Source of the DNA: Wolbachia endosymbiont of Onchocerca ochengi
Lineage (GTDB): Bacteria; Pseudomonadota; Alphaproteobacteria; Rickettsiales; Anaplasmataceae
Assembly: GCF_000306885.1 (NCBI RefSeq)
Contig: NC_018267.1
Coordinates: 720,001 to 752,000 of the forward strand
Length of the DNA: 32,000 nucleotides
Direction of reading: 5' to 3'
Under the pieces are notes generated by a model. It ran no database searches, was not told the origin of the DNA, and saw only the letters and a program-made list of their open reading frames with translations. Positions 1 through 10,341 of this stretch are shown piece after piece. The stretch's first letter is position 1; the number at the start of each line of letters is the position of its first letter. Both the position numbers and the translations under genes were made by a program.

Positions 1-1290
1 GGAACAGCTACTTCCCCATATTATCCGTTTGCATAAATTCAACATATAAACTGCGCTTAAAATAGTGCTAAGTGCAATAAGTCCTGTAAAAACTTTATTT
101 TTTTTAAACATTCCAATCATAACCAAAAACTCACCTATAAATCCAGACGTTCCAGGTAGTCCTATTGAAGCCATTGAAAATAAAATGAACATAAAGCCAA
201 ATTTTGGCATTGTGTTTACTATGCCAAAATACTTTGCAATTTTTAGTGTTCCAGTTCTAGTATGTAGCATTCCTACGCATAAAAATAAAGCAGCAGAAAT
301 AAGACCATGGCTAATCATCTGGAATATAGCACCAAGTATACCCTCTTCGCAAAATGAAAAGAGACCAGCAGTAACAATTCCCATATGCGCTATAGAAGAA
401 TAAGCTATTAACTTTTTTATATCGTCTTGAGCAAACGCAACTAGTGAGGTATAGATTCCTGTAATAATGCTGAGTATAACAACGAAATTTGAAAAATATA
501 AACTTGCCTGGGGAAGCATTGGAATAGAGAATCTTAAAAATCCGTATCCTCCCATTTTAATAAGCAAACCAGCTAAAACCACAGATCCAGAAGTTGGCGA
601 TTGCACATGCGCGTCAGGAAGCCAAGTATGAAATGGGAACATTGGTACTTTTATTGCAAAAGAAATAAAAAATGCGATCCATAACAATGATTGCACTCTA
701 AAATCAAGGCTTGGCATTAACGTGATCAGTTTCTGTATGTCGTACGTTTCAAAAACGCTATAAATATATACTAACCCAAGCAGAAACAATAATGAACCGG
801 TAAGTGTATATAGGAACAATTTAAACGTTGCATATATTCTGTATTTCCCTCCCCAAATGCCAATAATAAAGAACATTGGTACTAAAACAGCCTCAAAGAA
901 TACATAAAAACTTATAGCATTTAGTGAAATAAAAAAACCGATTATAAAACTTTCAAGCAGTAAAAACAATGCCATATATGGCTTTAGAGTTTTATAACTT
1001 ATTTTGCAATTGTAGAGTATACAGGTACCAAACAAGAAAGTTGTGAGTAGAAGGAAAAATAATGATATACCATCTACCCCTATTCCAACATTTCTAATCG
1101 GATAGCTAACAAACTGAAAACCAGCATTGGTATAATTGTATTTTATACAAGCCACAATGCTAAGCAAAAATGGAAGAGCAACAAAAAATAAGGCAAGGAA
1201 CCTTAGGTATATAGATTTATGACTAATCTTTATTAAAGATAAAATTAATGCTCCCATTAGTGGAAGTGAGAATATACTAAGTAATAACAC
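1..1290 (-). CDS. nuoM: NADH-quinone oxidoreductase subunit M (3' end truncated by window edge)
   Basis: Manual translation of the minus strand from a GTG at 1288-1290 gives an uninterrupted membrane protein: VLLLSIFSLPLMGALILSL...ISFYVFFEAVLVPMFFIIGIWGG...FAIKVPMFPFHTWLPDAHVQSPTSGSVVLAG...AYSSIAHMG. These are typical NuoM motifs. It starts 3 nt after the nuoL stop. Confidence 0.93.
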   Translation of the reverse strand, partial: MLLLSIFSLPLMGALILSLIKISHKSIYLRFLALFFVALPFLLSIVACIKYNYTNAGFQFVSYPIRNVGIGVDGISLFFLLLTTFLFGTCILYNCKISYKTLKPYMALFLLLESFIIGFFISLNAISFYVFFEAVLVPMFFIIGIWGGKYRIYATFKLFLYTLTGSLLFLLGLVYIYSVFETYDIQKLITLMPSLDFRVQSLLWIAFFISFAIKVPMFPFHTWLPDAHVQSPTSGSVVLAGLLIKMGGYGFLRFSIPMLPQASLYFSNFVVILSIITGIYTSLVAFAQDDIKKLIAYSSIAHMGIVTAGLFSFCEEGILGAIFQMISHGLISAALFLCVGMLHTRTGTLKIAKYFGIVNTMPKFGFMFILFSMASIGLPGTSGFIGEFLVMIGMFKKNKVFTGLIALSTILSAVYMLNLCKRIIWGSSCS

Positions 1291-1293
1291 TTT

Positions 1294-3150
1294 CTATTTA
1301 ATTCCAATAATATATAAAGCACTGATTATTAAAGCAATGAACATAATGAATGCATAATCGAATATGTAGCCAGTTTGTAATTTTATAGAATTTTTCGAAC
1401 ATTCACTAACTAATTTTATAACACCGTTTGGTCCGAATGAATCAATGATCTTGACATCAAATTTGTATAGAAGTTCAGATATAAACCTCGTTGGTACAAC
1501 TATAAAAAGTTCGTATATCTCATCAAAGTACCATTTATTCTGCAGAAATTTAAGTAAAAATTCACTTTTAATTTGTTTAATCGTTTGATAATAATAAGTC
1601 AAGTACGCAAATGCTATCCCACTCAGGCTTATTAAAATTGGTAGTAGTTTTATAAAGAAATCATGAACTTCATGCTCATCAGCAACCACTAAGCTTGACC
1701 TCCAAAATACATTATTAGTTATGTTTAAAATATTTACTCCCCATATTCCAGAAAACGCCGATCCAAAAGTAAGTATTGATAACGGTATAAGCATAACTAC
1801 TGGTGCTTCATGTATGTCAATTTTACTTTGCTTTCGGCTATGAAATACCAGAAGTAATACTCTCCAAGAGTAAAGCGCTGTAAAGAATGCAACAACTAAA
1901 CTTATTATAAAAGCAAAGCTGTCTGTATCATAAGCATGCTTAATTATCAAATCCTTTGAATAAAAACCTGCAAATGGAAATATTCCAGAAAGCGCAAGAG
2001 AGCCAATCCACATAGAAGCGTAGGTATAGGGAATTTTCTTCCAGCAATTTTCCATTTTTTGAATGTTCTGTTCATGATGCATTGCGTAAATCACATTACC
2101 TGCGCTAAGGAATAGCAAAGCTTTCAAAAAAGCGTGTGTCATCAAATGAAAAACAGCAATATTGTAAGCAGAAAGGCCACACGCTATGAACATATAACCA
2201 AGTTGACTACAGGTTGAATAAGCAATTACTTTCTTTATATCATTTTGAGTGATTGCAACGGTAGCTGCAAAAAAAGCAGTAAGTTCACCAACAATAACTA
2301 TTAATTCTCTTGCTACTTTTGATAGTTCAAACAGTGGAGAACATTTTGCTACTAAGAATACACCTGCTGTTACCATTGTTGCCGCATGAATAAGCGCAGA
2401 GACAGGAGTTGGCCCTTCCATTGCATCTGGTAACCAAACATGTAGGCCGAGCTGAGCAGATTTTCCCATACAGCCAATAAAAAGCAGTACACATATTACA
2501 TCGATTATTTTTAGTTCACAGCAGAATGCCCTAATGTTCCTTGTACCAAGAAGATTAGCTGTATCAAAAATTTCAGTGAATCTCAAAGAATGAAATGTGT
2601 AATAAATTAGAAAAACTCCAATTAATAGTACAAAGTCTCCTACTCTATTTGTAACAAATGCTTTGAGTGCCGCATTATTCGCAGAGTATTTTTGAAACCA
2701 AAACCCTATAAGCAAATAAGAGCATAAACCAACTCCTTCCCAACCAAAGAAAAGCTGCACGAAATTGTCACTTACAACTAACATAATCATACAAAATGTA
2801 AATAACGACAAATAAGAGAAAAACCTTGATTTTCCTTTATCGTGTTTCATATAACCGATAGAGTAGAGGTGAACTACTAGAGAAACAGTGGTAACAACAA
2901 CCAGCATTAAAGATGAAAGAGCATCCATATTAATTGCCCAATTCACTTTTAATTCACTTAATGAAAGTAGAGGAAATAAACTTAAGTGGTAATTTTCAGA
3001 GAAAGCAAGAAAAACATGCCAAGATAAAACTGCAGATATTCCGACTCCTACAGTTGTAATTAACTGACTGAAAATATCCTTTTTAAAAAGGGCTGCAAAC
3101 AATGAAGTAAAAAGTGGCAAAAACACTATTAATTTTAATATATTCGTCAT
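1294..3150 (-). CDS. nuoL: NADH-quinone oxidoreductase subunit L
   Basis: 618-aa ORF with NuoL/antiporter motifs (FFGWEGVGLCSYLLIGFW, LHVWLPDAMEGPTPVSALIHAATMVTAGVFL), between nuoK and nuoM. Confidence 0.97.
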   Translation of the reverse strand: MTNILKLIVFLPLFTSLFAALFKKDIFSQLITTVGVGISAVLSWHVFLAFSENYHLSLFPLLSLSELKVNWAINMDALSSLMLVVVTTVSLVVHLYSIGYMKHDKGKSRFFSYLSLFTFCMIMLVVSDNFVQLFFGWEGVGLCSYLLIGFWFQKYSANNAALKAFVTNRVGDFVLLIGVFLIYYTFHSLRFTEIFDTANLLGTRNIRAFCCELKIIDVICVLLFIGCMGKSAQLGLHVWLPDAMEGPTPVSALIHAATMVTAGVFLVAKCSPLFELSKVARELIVIVGELTAFFAATVAITQNDIKKVIAYSTCSQLGYMFIACGLSAYNIAVFHLMTHAFLKALLFLSAGNVIYAMHHEQNIQKMENCWKKIPYTYASMWIGSLALSGIFPFAGFYSKDLIIKHAYDTDSFAFIISLVVAFFTALYSWRVLLLVFHSRKQSKIDIHEAPVVMLIPLSILTFGSAFSGIWGVNILNITNNVFWRSSLVVADEHEVHDFFIKLLPILISLSGIAFAYLTYYYQTIKQIKSEFLLKFLQNKWYFDEIYELFIVVPTRFISELLYKFDVKIIDSFGPNGVIKLVSECSKNSIKLQTGYIFDYAFIMFIALIISALYIIGIK

Positions 3151-3154
3151 ATTT

Positions 3155-3463
3155 TTATTCCTTCATTAAGTTTACCTGCTCAATATCTATGTTGCCGTGA
3201 TTTCTATGGTATACAACTAATATTGCAAGTCCTATTCCTGACTCAGCTGCTGCAACAGTTAATACAAACATGACAAAAATTTGCCCGATTATGTTATTCA
3301 TAAAAGCAGAAAAAGCAACTAGATTGATGTTAATTGCTAGTAATAATATTTCTATTGATAATAATATGTTGATTATGCTCTTGCGGTTGATAAAAATACC
3401 ACACACTCCAATAGTGAATAAAATAGCAGCAACTACCAAGAAATGATTTAATCCTATTTCCAT
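3155..3463 (-). CDS. nuoK: NADH-quinone oxidoreductase subunit K
   Basis: 102-aa ORF, three TM segments, [16 protein letters not shown] and [16 protein letters not shown] motifs; overlaps nuoJ by 10 nt. Confidence 0.96.
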   Translation of the reverse strand: MEIGLNHFLVVAAILFTIGVCGIFINRKSIINILLSIEILLLAININLVAFSAFMNNIIGQIFVMFVLTVAAAESGIGLAILVVYHRNHGNIDIEQVNLMKE

Positions 3464-4068
3464 TTCACTCCTTTTCCAAATTTAGCCTTAACTAATCTTA
3501 CAGATGAGGATTGTGTTAATTGTTTTAACACATTTTGTCTTTTAATTCCTTTTTTCTTATCTTGCGAGGCAAGAGCAATTGTGCCTACAATTGCGGTGAG
3601 TAGCAGAATGCCAGAAAGATGAAAGGCGTACATGTAATCAGTATACAGCAAATCACCGATAGCTTTCATATTATTCATGCTATAGTTTATACCATTGTTT
3701 ATATTTAACGCTGAGTTGAGAATTATAAAACTGATAACCAGAAAAAATACAACAGATAATATGGTACTAAGGACTAAATGTTTCGTGAAACCCTGACGCA
3801 GTTTTATATAGTCAATATCGAGCATCATAACTACAAAGAGAAATAACACTGCAACTGCGCCTATATATACTATTAGTAGTATCATAGCAATAAACTCAGC
3901 TCCAAGAAGGATAAAAAGAACTGTAGAGTTAACGAAGGTGAAAATTAAAAATAACACTGCATGAACAGGATTCCTTACACTGATCACATAAATAGCAGAT
4001 AGAATGCTGAGGATTGCAAAAAGATAAAAGAAAAAAGCCATTGATACTTTAATTGCAACAATAGTCAC
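3454..4068 (-). CDS. nuoJ: NADH-quinone oxidoreductase subunit J
   Basis: 204-aa membrane [55 protein letters not shown] motif, syntenic with nuoK/L/M. Confidence 0.96.
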   Translation of the reverse strand: MTIVAIKVSMAFFFYLFAILSILSAIYVISVRNPVHAVLFLIFTFVNSTVLFILLGAEFIAMILLIVYIGAVAVLFLFVVMMLDIDYIKLRQGFTKHLVLSTILSVVFFLVISFIILNSALNINNGINYSMNNMKAIGDLLYTDYMYAFHLSGILLLTAIVGTIALASQDKKKGIKRQNVLKQLTQSSSVRLVKAKFGKGVKWK

Positions 4069-4862
4069 TAATTTAAAGTAACTATTATTATGAAGTCAAT
4101 AAACTTCTCACATGGCATAAAGTTATTTCGTTTAACTTTTCAATTTTGGCAGATTAAAATGGTAAAAAGTTTATATTTAATGTATGACTGTTTAGTTTTT
4201 TATACTATGTTTGCTTTTATGTTTTTATAAATTCTCTTAGGTTCTAAGCTTTTATCTATATAAGCTGAAGTATACTTATTTATAAAGTACTCAAGACATT
4301 ATCTAACGCTAAATTTTAAAATAGAGAATAAGATGATTAGCTTGTGGGTTTTCTTTGTTTTTTTCTCTGCTTAGTAAGTTTCTTTTAATATTAGGGTTAG
4401 GGGCTAAAGGTCAGCTGTATTTCAAATACGGTTGAATTGTATATTGAAGGCTAAAAAAAAAACGCTCTAAGTTTCTTCCTATTTTTTCTATTTAATAAAT
4501 TTTTTAAATATTAATAACTAGAGTAGTACTAACAGCTTTTGCTTAGCTATTTATTAATGCTATAACGGCATAACATAAGAAAATTTAGCTACTAGCATAA
4601 CACAAGATCAGCTGTTTTTTTATGCTTACCAAATCAAACCAGTTTACTTGTGAGCAAATGACCTTTTGGATATCTTCAGTAATTTAACTAGCTGTTAACC
4701 TAATGTTTGGTTTTTTGTGATACAGAACAACTTTGGAATATTAAAAAAATTGTGTTATTTTTTCAAATTCCTTACCATGATATTATTATCCATATCTTAA
4801 GCTACTGCTCGATATGCTGGAATTTTTTTTAATAACACTTGATAGTGCTATAATGAACATTT

Positions 4863-4899
4863 AAAATACACACCACATTTTAAATATGGCGTGTATTTT
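4863..4899 (-). terminator. Possible terminator hairpin of the porin-like gene
   Basis: 9-bp perfect inverted repeat AAAATACAC (4863-4871) / GTGTATTTT (4891-4899), starting 7 nt beyond the stop codon of the minus-strand ORF ending at 4906. Confidence 0.4.
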
Positions 4900-4905
4900 C
4901 GCCAA

Positions 4906-6771
4906 TTAGAAGGAAAACCTTATACCAGTAAGGAAAAGCATTCCCTGATTAGACGCAGCGGTAAGCTTCTCTTTGTATCCTTTGTCATCAGTCATAAAAT
5001 AATGAACAACTGCATAAGGGACAAACTTACTTTTACTGCAAGTAGAGGAGAGATCATATTGAACGCCAAGTGCAATATCATGAAGCTTATTTCCATCACC
5101 TGCTTTACTACCAAAGTAAGTCAAGCTTGTGTAGAAGTTCTCATACTGATAACCAGTACCCGTAGTCCAATACATGGTGCTTTTATCATTTCTTTCAAAT
5201 TTAGTCTCTGACTCTTCCATTTTTTCTCTATTGTCACCAATAGTATTTTCAATCTCAATTTTCTGATAGTTGCCATTAATTAATTTTTTGATATTCTTTG
5301 GTTGGTCAGATTTGCCTAAGTATGCAAAAGATGTAGCAAATTTTATATCCCTATCCTCATTAATTTTATAGTCAGCACTTACACCTAAATTAACGCCTAT
5401 CAGATTATTGTATTCTACATATTCATTATAGAAGAGTTGATTTTCATTTAGTTGTCTCGGTAGCCCATATTCACCAGTCATAGAAGTTTTGATTTTTACA
5501 TTATATTTATTGAAATCATATTCATACGATACACCAGCACTTACTATATGCTCATAATCTGGACCGATATGTTTCTTATTCTCTATAACAAATAAACTAC
5601 TATCATAGCGAGGTGAATAGCCAATGCCGAGTTTTGCACCCATATAACTTGGCGAGTAATAAGCAACTCTAAACGGCAGTGTAGTCATAACATCTTTATG
5701 GTATTTTCCTGCCATATAGAAAGAGAAAGTTTCACTTCCACTTGAAAAACTTTCAGTGTGAAGACGTGGTGTCACATAAAATGGAAAATTTTTGTTAATC
5801 CCTTCTAAGTTTACTTTTCTAAACCAATTGCTATCTGCAGCTCCGTCAACGGTTGCAATTCTCGTTGCGTCAAGCCTCATCAAAGCTTCAGGACCAAACT
5901 GATAACCAAGTTTCAAGTCACCATATTTTGAATTCAAAAATAAGTGTGCACTTCTACCTCTTACCACATTAACACCTTGTGAAGCTCCTTTGCCTTCAGT
6001 AAGTGGAACTTGGAGTTGCACGTCAGCACCATAAAGAAGTCCTAAATCCTCATTTTTATTTTCTGCTTTTAAGTGCAACATTGCATCTGTAATCATACCT
6101 GTATCATTGCTATAATCACCGATATTTTCTGTCTGCCCAAATATTGGATGCAACCCTGTTGTCTGATTGTTAGGATTAGTATAACAATTTATCATATTGT
6201 TATAACACTTATAATCTTCACCACTTGGTCCTGTTTTGCCATAGCCTTGGGCATCAACAGCACCACCGAAAGTTATTTTCAAACCACTTTTCCCTCGGTT
6301 GGTATTGATAATATCAACGTCACCGATTGAGACTACAGGATTTGCATTACCTTTTTCTCCTGTATGTTGATTAATAACTTTTATATTATCTTTTGTAACT
6401 TTTGCTTCGATTTTAGTCTTCTTAGTTTTAGAGCTTTCTAAGTTGGAATTCTCAACATTTAGAACCTTTGCTTTTTTCTCATTTACTAGCTTTTCCTTTT
6501 CTTTCTTTTTTTTAGCTGCTAGCTTCAGTTCCTCACTTTTCTTAAGCTCTTCAGCTTCTTTTCTTGGATCAGCATTACATATCCGGTCCATTTTCTCTTT
6601 TAGTTTTTTATTTGATGTTTTCATAACTTCCATTCTTGCAGAAGTTGTTGTACCCTCTTGCTTTTTTACTTCCTTCATATTTTCATTAGAAAAGTCAGCA
6701 GCAAAACTGCTGAAAGAATATAAAGCTAATAAAGAAGCTAGAGCAGTTTTAGTGTAGGTAGATTTTTTCAT
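4906..6771 (-). CDS. Porin-like outer membrane beta-barrel protein with a Lys/Glu-rich N-terminal region
   Basis: ORF track gives 4906..6801. The internal ATG at 6769-6771 gives MKKSTYTKTALASLLALYSFSSFAA, a clean signal peptide preceded by a GGGGG run. Porin-like segments include FLNSKYGDLKLGYQFGPEALMRLDATRI, and the protein ends in an alternating beta strand with terminal Phe (LFLTGIRFSF). Residues about 40-140 are K/E-rich. Confidence 0.8.
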   Translation of the reverse strand: MKKSTYTKTALASLLALYSFSSFAADFSNENMKEVKKQEGTTTSARMEVMKTSNKKLKEKMDRICNADPRKEAEELKKSEELKLAAKKKKEKEKLVNEKKAKVLNVENSNLESSKTKKTKIEAKVTKDNIKVINQHTGEKGNANPVVSIGDVDIINTNRGKSGLKITFGGAVDAQGYGKTGPSGEDYKCYNNMINCYTNPNNQTTGLHPIFGQTENIGDYSNDTGMITDAMLHLKAENKNEDLGLLYGADVQLQVPLTEGKGASQGVNVVRGRSAHLFLNSKYGDLKLGYQFGPEALMRLDATRIATVDGAADSNWFRKVNLEGINKNFPFYVTPRLHTESFSSGSETFSFYMAGKYHKDVMTTLPFRVAYYSPSYMGAKLGIGYSPRYDSSLFVIENKKHIGPDYEHIVSAGVSYEYDFNKYNVKIKTSMTGEYGLPRQLNENQLFYNEYVEYNNLIGVNLGVSADYKINEDRDIKFATSFAYLGKSDQPKNIKKLINGNYQKIEIENTIGDNREKMEESETKFERNDKSTMYWTTGTGYQYENFYTSLTYFGSKAGDGNKLHDIALGVQYDLSSTCSKSKFVPYAVVHYFMTDDKGYKEKLTAASNQGMLFLTGIRFSF

Positions 6772-7175
6772 GAAAGTGCCCCCAAAAAATTTCAAAATCA
6801 TTATTCTAAATGTAAAATAGTATAAAAGTGTTGAAAATTCAACTCAAAGCAACCTTATAGCTGAAACAAAAGTAAAATGCAACATCTTTAAGAGCAACTT
6901 TTTTTAATATGCTAACGTATGTGTTAATCAAAACTCAATGTGGAGGTTAAGTATTCTTTGCTTGTTATCTGTATTATAATCTAGCTGTCTACCTTGTGGA
7001 GTGAGACTTTTCATGATAGAATAATAGATTAAGAATGAAAAACTCTTATAAAATACTTTAATAAGTATTAAAATAATTATTGATAATAACATAGGTTCAT
7101 AGTCAGTAGGTAAAGTTACTTAGATAAATCCAGATATTTTATATAGATTTTAAGCCTTTTATGAAATTAGTTTAA

Positions 7176-7496
7176 TATTGCAAACACCAGTATAAGTTAT
7201 GCGAGCTCCAAAATCAGGTAATACTGAACAAATCAAGCTCCATCTCATTAGATACCGGTAAATGCAAGATAGAAAAATGTGGCAATGAATTTGAGATTAT
7301 TGAAGGTTATGTATTTATAAATACTTATAACTTAAATCAAATCATCCTTTACTTGTCTAGATTATTTATTGTAATAACAATTCGATATCTTCTAGCATAG
7401 GATACAAAATTAGAGCCAAGTTTATTGAAGAGGGATCATAATAGTATTATTCATTTTGTTATAGTGGTGAAAAGTGTGCTAATTTTGTTTTTGTGA
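7176..7496 (+). pseudogene. Candidate degraded coding fragment (family unknown)
   Basis: One frame is open for 74 codons (YCKHQYKLCELQNQVILNKSSSISLDTGKCKIEKCGNEFEIIEGYVFIN...) up to TAG 7398-7400, then continues another 31 codons to TGA 7494-7496. Confidence 0.3.
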
Positions 7497-7697
7497 AAGA
7501 TAGGAACATAATAGCCATAGCTTATTTCTGTACTCTATTATAAAAAGTTTTAATTATATAATATCGATATAGGTGCATTTTTGCTATTCAGAACTTTCAT
7601 CTGATTACAGAAGAATTTATTGTAATTTCTATAACTCACTTATAGATTTGCGGTCTAATTTCTTCATAATATTTTTAAATCTTATGCTGAAGAATAA

Positions 7698-8054
7698 GGG
7701 TCAAAAATTAAAGATTTTAAAATTAATCTTGCAGGTTATAGTATAGGAAGAGTGTTACTAAAATAGCTATTTTATATCTTAATGAAACCGAAGATGCTAA
7801 AAGATGCTTGTGTTGTAATTTTTGTCGATTTGGTGGTTTTCGACTTCACTACTAGTGAATTTCATAATAACGTTCTTTTCGAGAACGAACTATTAGGTGG
7901 TAACTCAACACAGACAAGATCCAGTGCTAGTAGAGTAAATACTTGGTTCGTTTGATCACGCTTATGTAAAGTGTATAATTAAGAAATTAACCTAAAATTA
8001 GAAGAATATTCTGCTTATAAGATAAATAATGCCATTATAGAGATATTAAGATAA
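7698..8054 (+). pseudogene. Candidate degraded coding fragment (family unknown)
   Basis: A single frame of about 119 codons has internal stops only at 7764, 7953 and 7980 before TAA 8052-8054. Segments read GSKIKDFKINLAGYSIGRVLLK*, MLKDACVVIFVDLVVFDFTTSEFHNNVLFENELLGGNSTQTRSSASRVNTWFV* and EINLKLEEYSAYKINNAIIEILR*. Confidence 0.3.
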
Positions 8055-9579
8055 TGCACGAAGTTGATTTTTAATCAAATAAATAGTTTGCCGTTTCTCT
8101 ATTTACTAACCTCTGAGAATGCTAGGTAAAATCAACTGTGCGGCTTTGGGTAGTGCTTAATTATGCTATTAATTTAGTTGAATATGATTTTGATTAATCA
8201 AATTTCTCTGAAAAAGTAAAAGGTAAGCACAAAAATTCTTTTCAAACTAGACAAGCAGAAGATAAACTTAAAAGTCTTGTTCAGAAGGTAAGTAGGAGTT
8301 GAGTCACATAGAAGTTACCTGCTATGATGAGGCTAAGTAATTAACATTTAAATATATGATTAAAATAACTCTTCAGGGGATGACATGGAGGGTTAAGTTT
8401 TTGTATCCTATGAAGGAAGGTAAAGCTTATTGTTTGCTTCTGTTGTGTATATGTTTAGCATAAGTTAGAAAATTACACTATCTACCGTTCCAAGTTGAAT
8501 AGGTATAAGTTTTTTTGTGGAATTTAGGGCACTGGAGGGAAAATTTTGTTTAGGTTGCCGTTCTCTATGGAAAAATCTATATAGCATTACTAATACTATA
8601 AGTGCTATATTATTATGCATTACAATATGCTCTCTGAAAATATACATGCTGTTCCATCAACATAACCTGAACGTTTAAGATCACATTCATATCAAAGTTT
8701 TTCATGGAGATCTCTCTCTATCTAAAAATCTATGGTTGTAAAAGTTACTATTTTACAGTGTATTTCTCAATCCTAATCAGCAGCCTGCGATAATTTGTTT
8801 AGTGTCACTATGAACAAAAAAAGTGAAAGGTTATACGCACTTTTATTAGCTCTTTTTATTAATTGTTTAAGCAAGAATCCAATATCTCTATTATTTGTGG
8901 ATTAGGGTGTTCAATTTTTACCTTTAATTCCTCTATTCAAAGCATCAAAGCACTTTAATTAAACAAACGTATGAAATCTTCTAGGGTTTATAAACTCGAT
9001 ATAATAAATCCACTTGGGACAGAGAGAGCTGCATGCCTTATATATCACAACTTTTTAAGTTATCCATAATAAGATGAGTTATCATTTAGCGATCATAGCA
9101 AGTTTCCTTATACCTAATGAACGATTTTTCTTGTTGGTTAAGTAATAAGCTCTATAAATTTACTGTAAAAATAATATGCCGTTATATAATATGTTTTAAG
9201 AACTTTAATAAAGTGCCTAAGTCAATTTGAATTTAACACTTGCTTTATTCTGATAAGTTAATCGTTGCTGCCTTCAAAGTTAGTTAGATTAAATACCATA
9301 TAGTACATTCTTTATTTTTAATAATGAGGGGCTATGCTTCAGGCAATTTTCTGTTTAATGCTTTTGACCTAATTGATTGGCTAACTCACCATACAGAAAG
9401 CCAAACTCTTAAACTCTTTTACGACACACTCTTAAGCTTTTTCTGTGTGACAATCACCATATAAATAATGTGAAAAACATTGATGCTAAATCTATGTTAA
9501 TTACTATAAGATCCTGGTCTGTTTTACACTAAGACCCATAGCTTTAGGTAGATACCTTAAGCAATTAAAATTGTTTGAT

Positions 9580-10341
9580 CTAACTTCCTCCAACATATTC
9601 TTTTATATACTTACAAGTTATCTGGTACTGCATATTAATTTTTCTCTTTATTTTATACAAATTAATCAAATAGTGTGAATACAATATCCATACGACTAAA
9701 AAAAATGTTGCATAAAACATAGACATCACAACTAATGGCAACAGTAAGGAACCTTCTATTGCTATTCCACCACTTCTAAAAATGCTTGTTGGCTGATGAA
9801 GAGTAGCCCACAAGTTCACAGAAAATTTTACTACAGGAATATTTATAGTACTAAAGATGGCAAATACTGCTGCTGATTTTTCAGCTCTTTCTTCATTATC
9901 AAAAACACTCCATAGTGAAAGGTACCCAATATATAGAAAAAATAAGATTAACATTGAAGTAAGCCTTGCATCCCATACCCACCAAGTACCCCAGGTTCCT
10001 TTTCCCCAGATACTACCTGTGATTAAACATATTGCAGAAAAGACTGTTCCTGCAGGAGCAGCAGCATGTGCTAAAACACTAGCAATGCTATTATTCCATA
10101 CTAAAGAGATAAAACTTAGCAATGCAACGAGTCCATATATTCCAAGAGAAAGCCATGCAGAAGGTACATGAAGGTACATAATTCGCACAATTTCTCCTTG
10201 TTTATAATCCTCTGGAGAGAAGATTAAAGCTAAAAATGCTCCAACTAAAAAACACGTGAAACACATAATCTCAAGCCAAGGTAGAGCTTTCTTAGAGAAA
10301 TAAGAAAAATTTGTAGGCTTTAATAAAAACACTTGTTTCAA
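9580..10341 (-). CDS. ccmC: Cytochrome c-type biogenesis / heme exporter protein CcmC
   Basis: 253-aa ORF, multi-TM, with the tryptophan-rich heme-handling motif GTWGTWWVWDARLTS and conserved histidine segments MYLHVPSAW and WATLHQP. Confidence 0.95.
   Translation of the reverse strand: MKQVFLLKPTNFSYFSKKALPWLEIMCFTCFLVGAFLALIFSPEDYKQGEIVRIMYLHVPSAWLSLGIYGLVALLSFISLVWNNSIASVLAHAAAPAGTVFSAICLITGSIWGKGTWGTWWVWDARLTSMLILFFLYIGYLSLWSVFDNEERAEKSAAVFAIFSTINIPVVKFSVNLWATLHQPTSIFRSGGIAIEGSLLLPLVVMSMFYATFFLVVWILYSHYLINLYKIKRKINMQYQITCKYIKEYVGGS

Noticed and set aside
65-403. 112-aa plus-strand ORF
   Set aside because: Lies antisense inside nuoM; the minus strand encodes a clear NuoM product.
6073-6757. 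Plus-strand ORFs of 85 and 104 aa opposite the porin-like gene (6073..6330, 6443..6757)
   Set aside because: Antisense to a well-supported CDS. The Phe/Ser-rich 104-aa sequence is just the complement of Lys/Glu codons.
8465-8647. 60-aa minus-strand ORF in the 2.8 kb spacer
   Set aside because: Short, no recognisable motifs, and not compelling compared with chance ORFs.
9857-10171. 104-aa plus-strand ORF
   Set aside because: Antisense shadow of ccmC.
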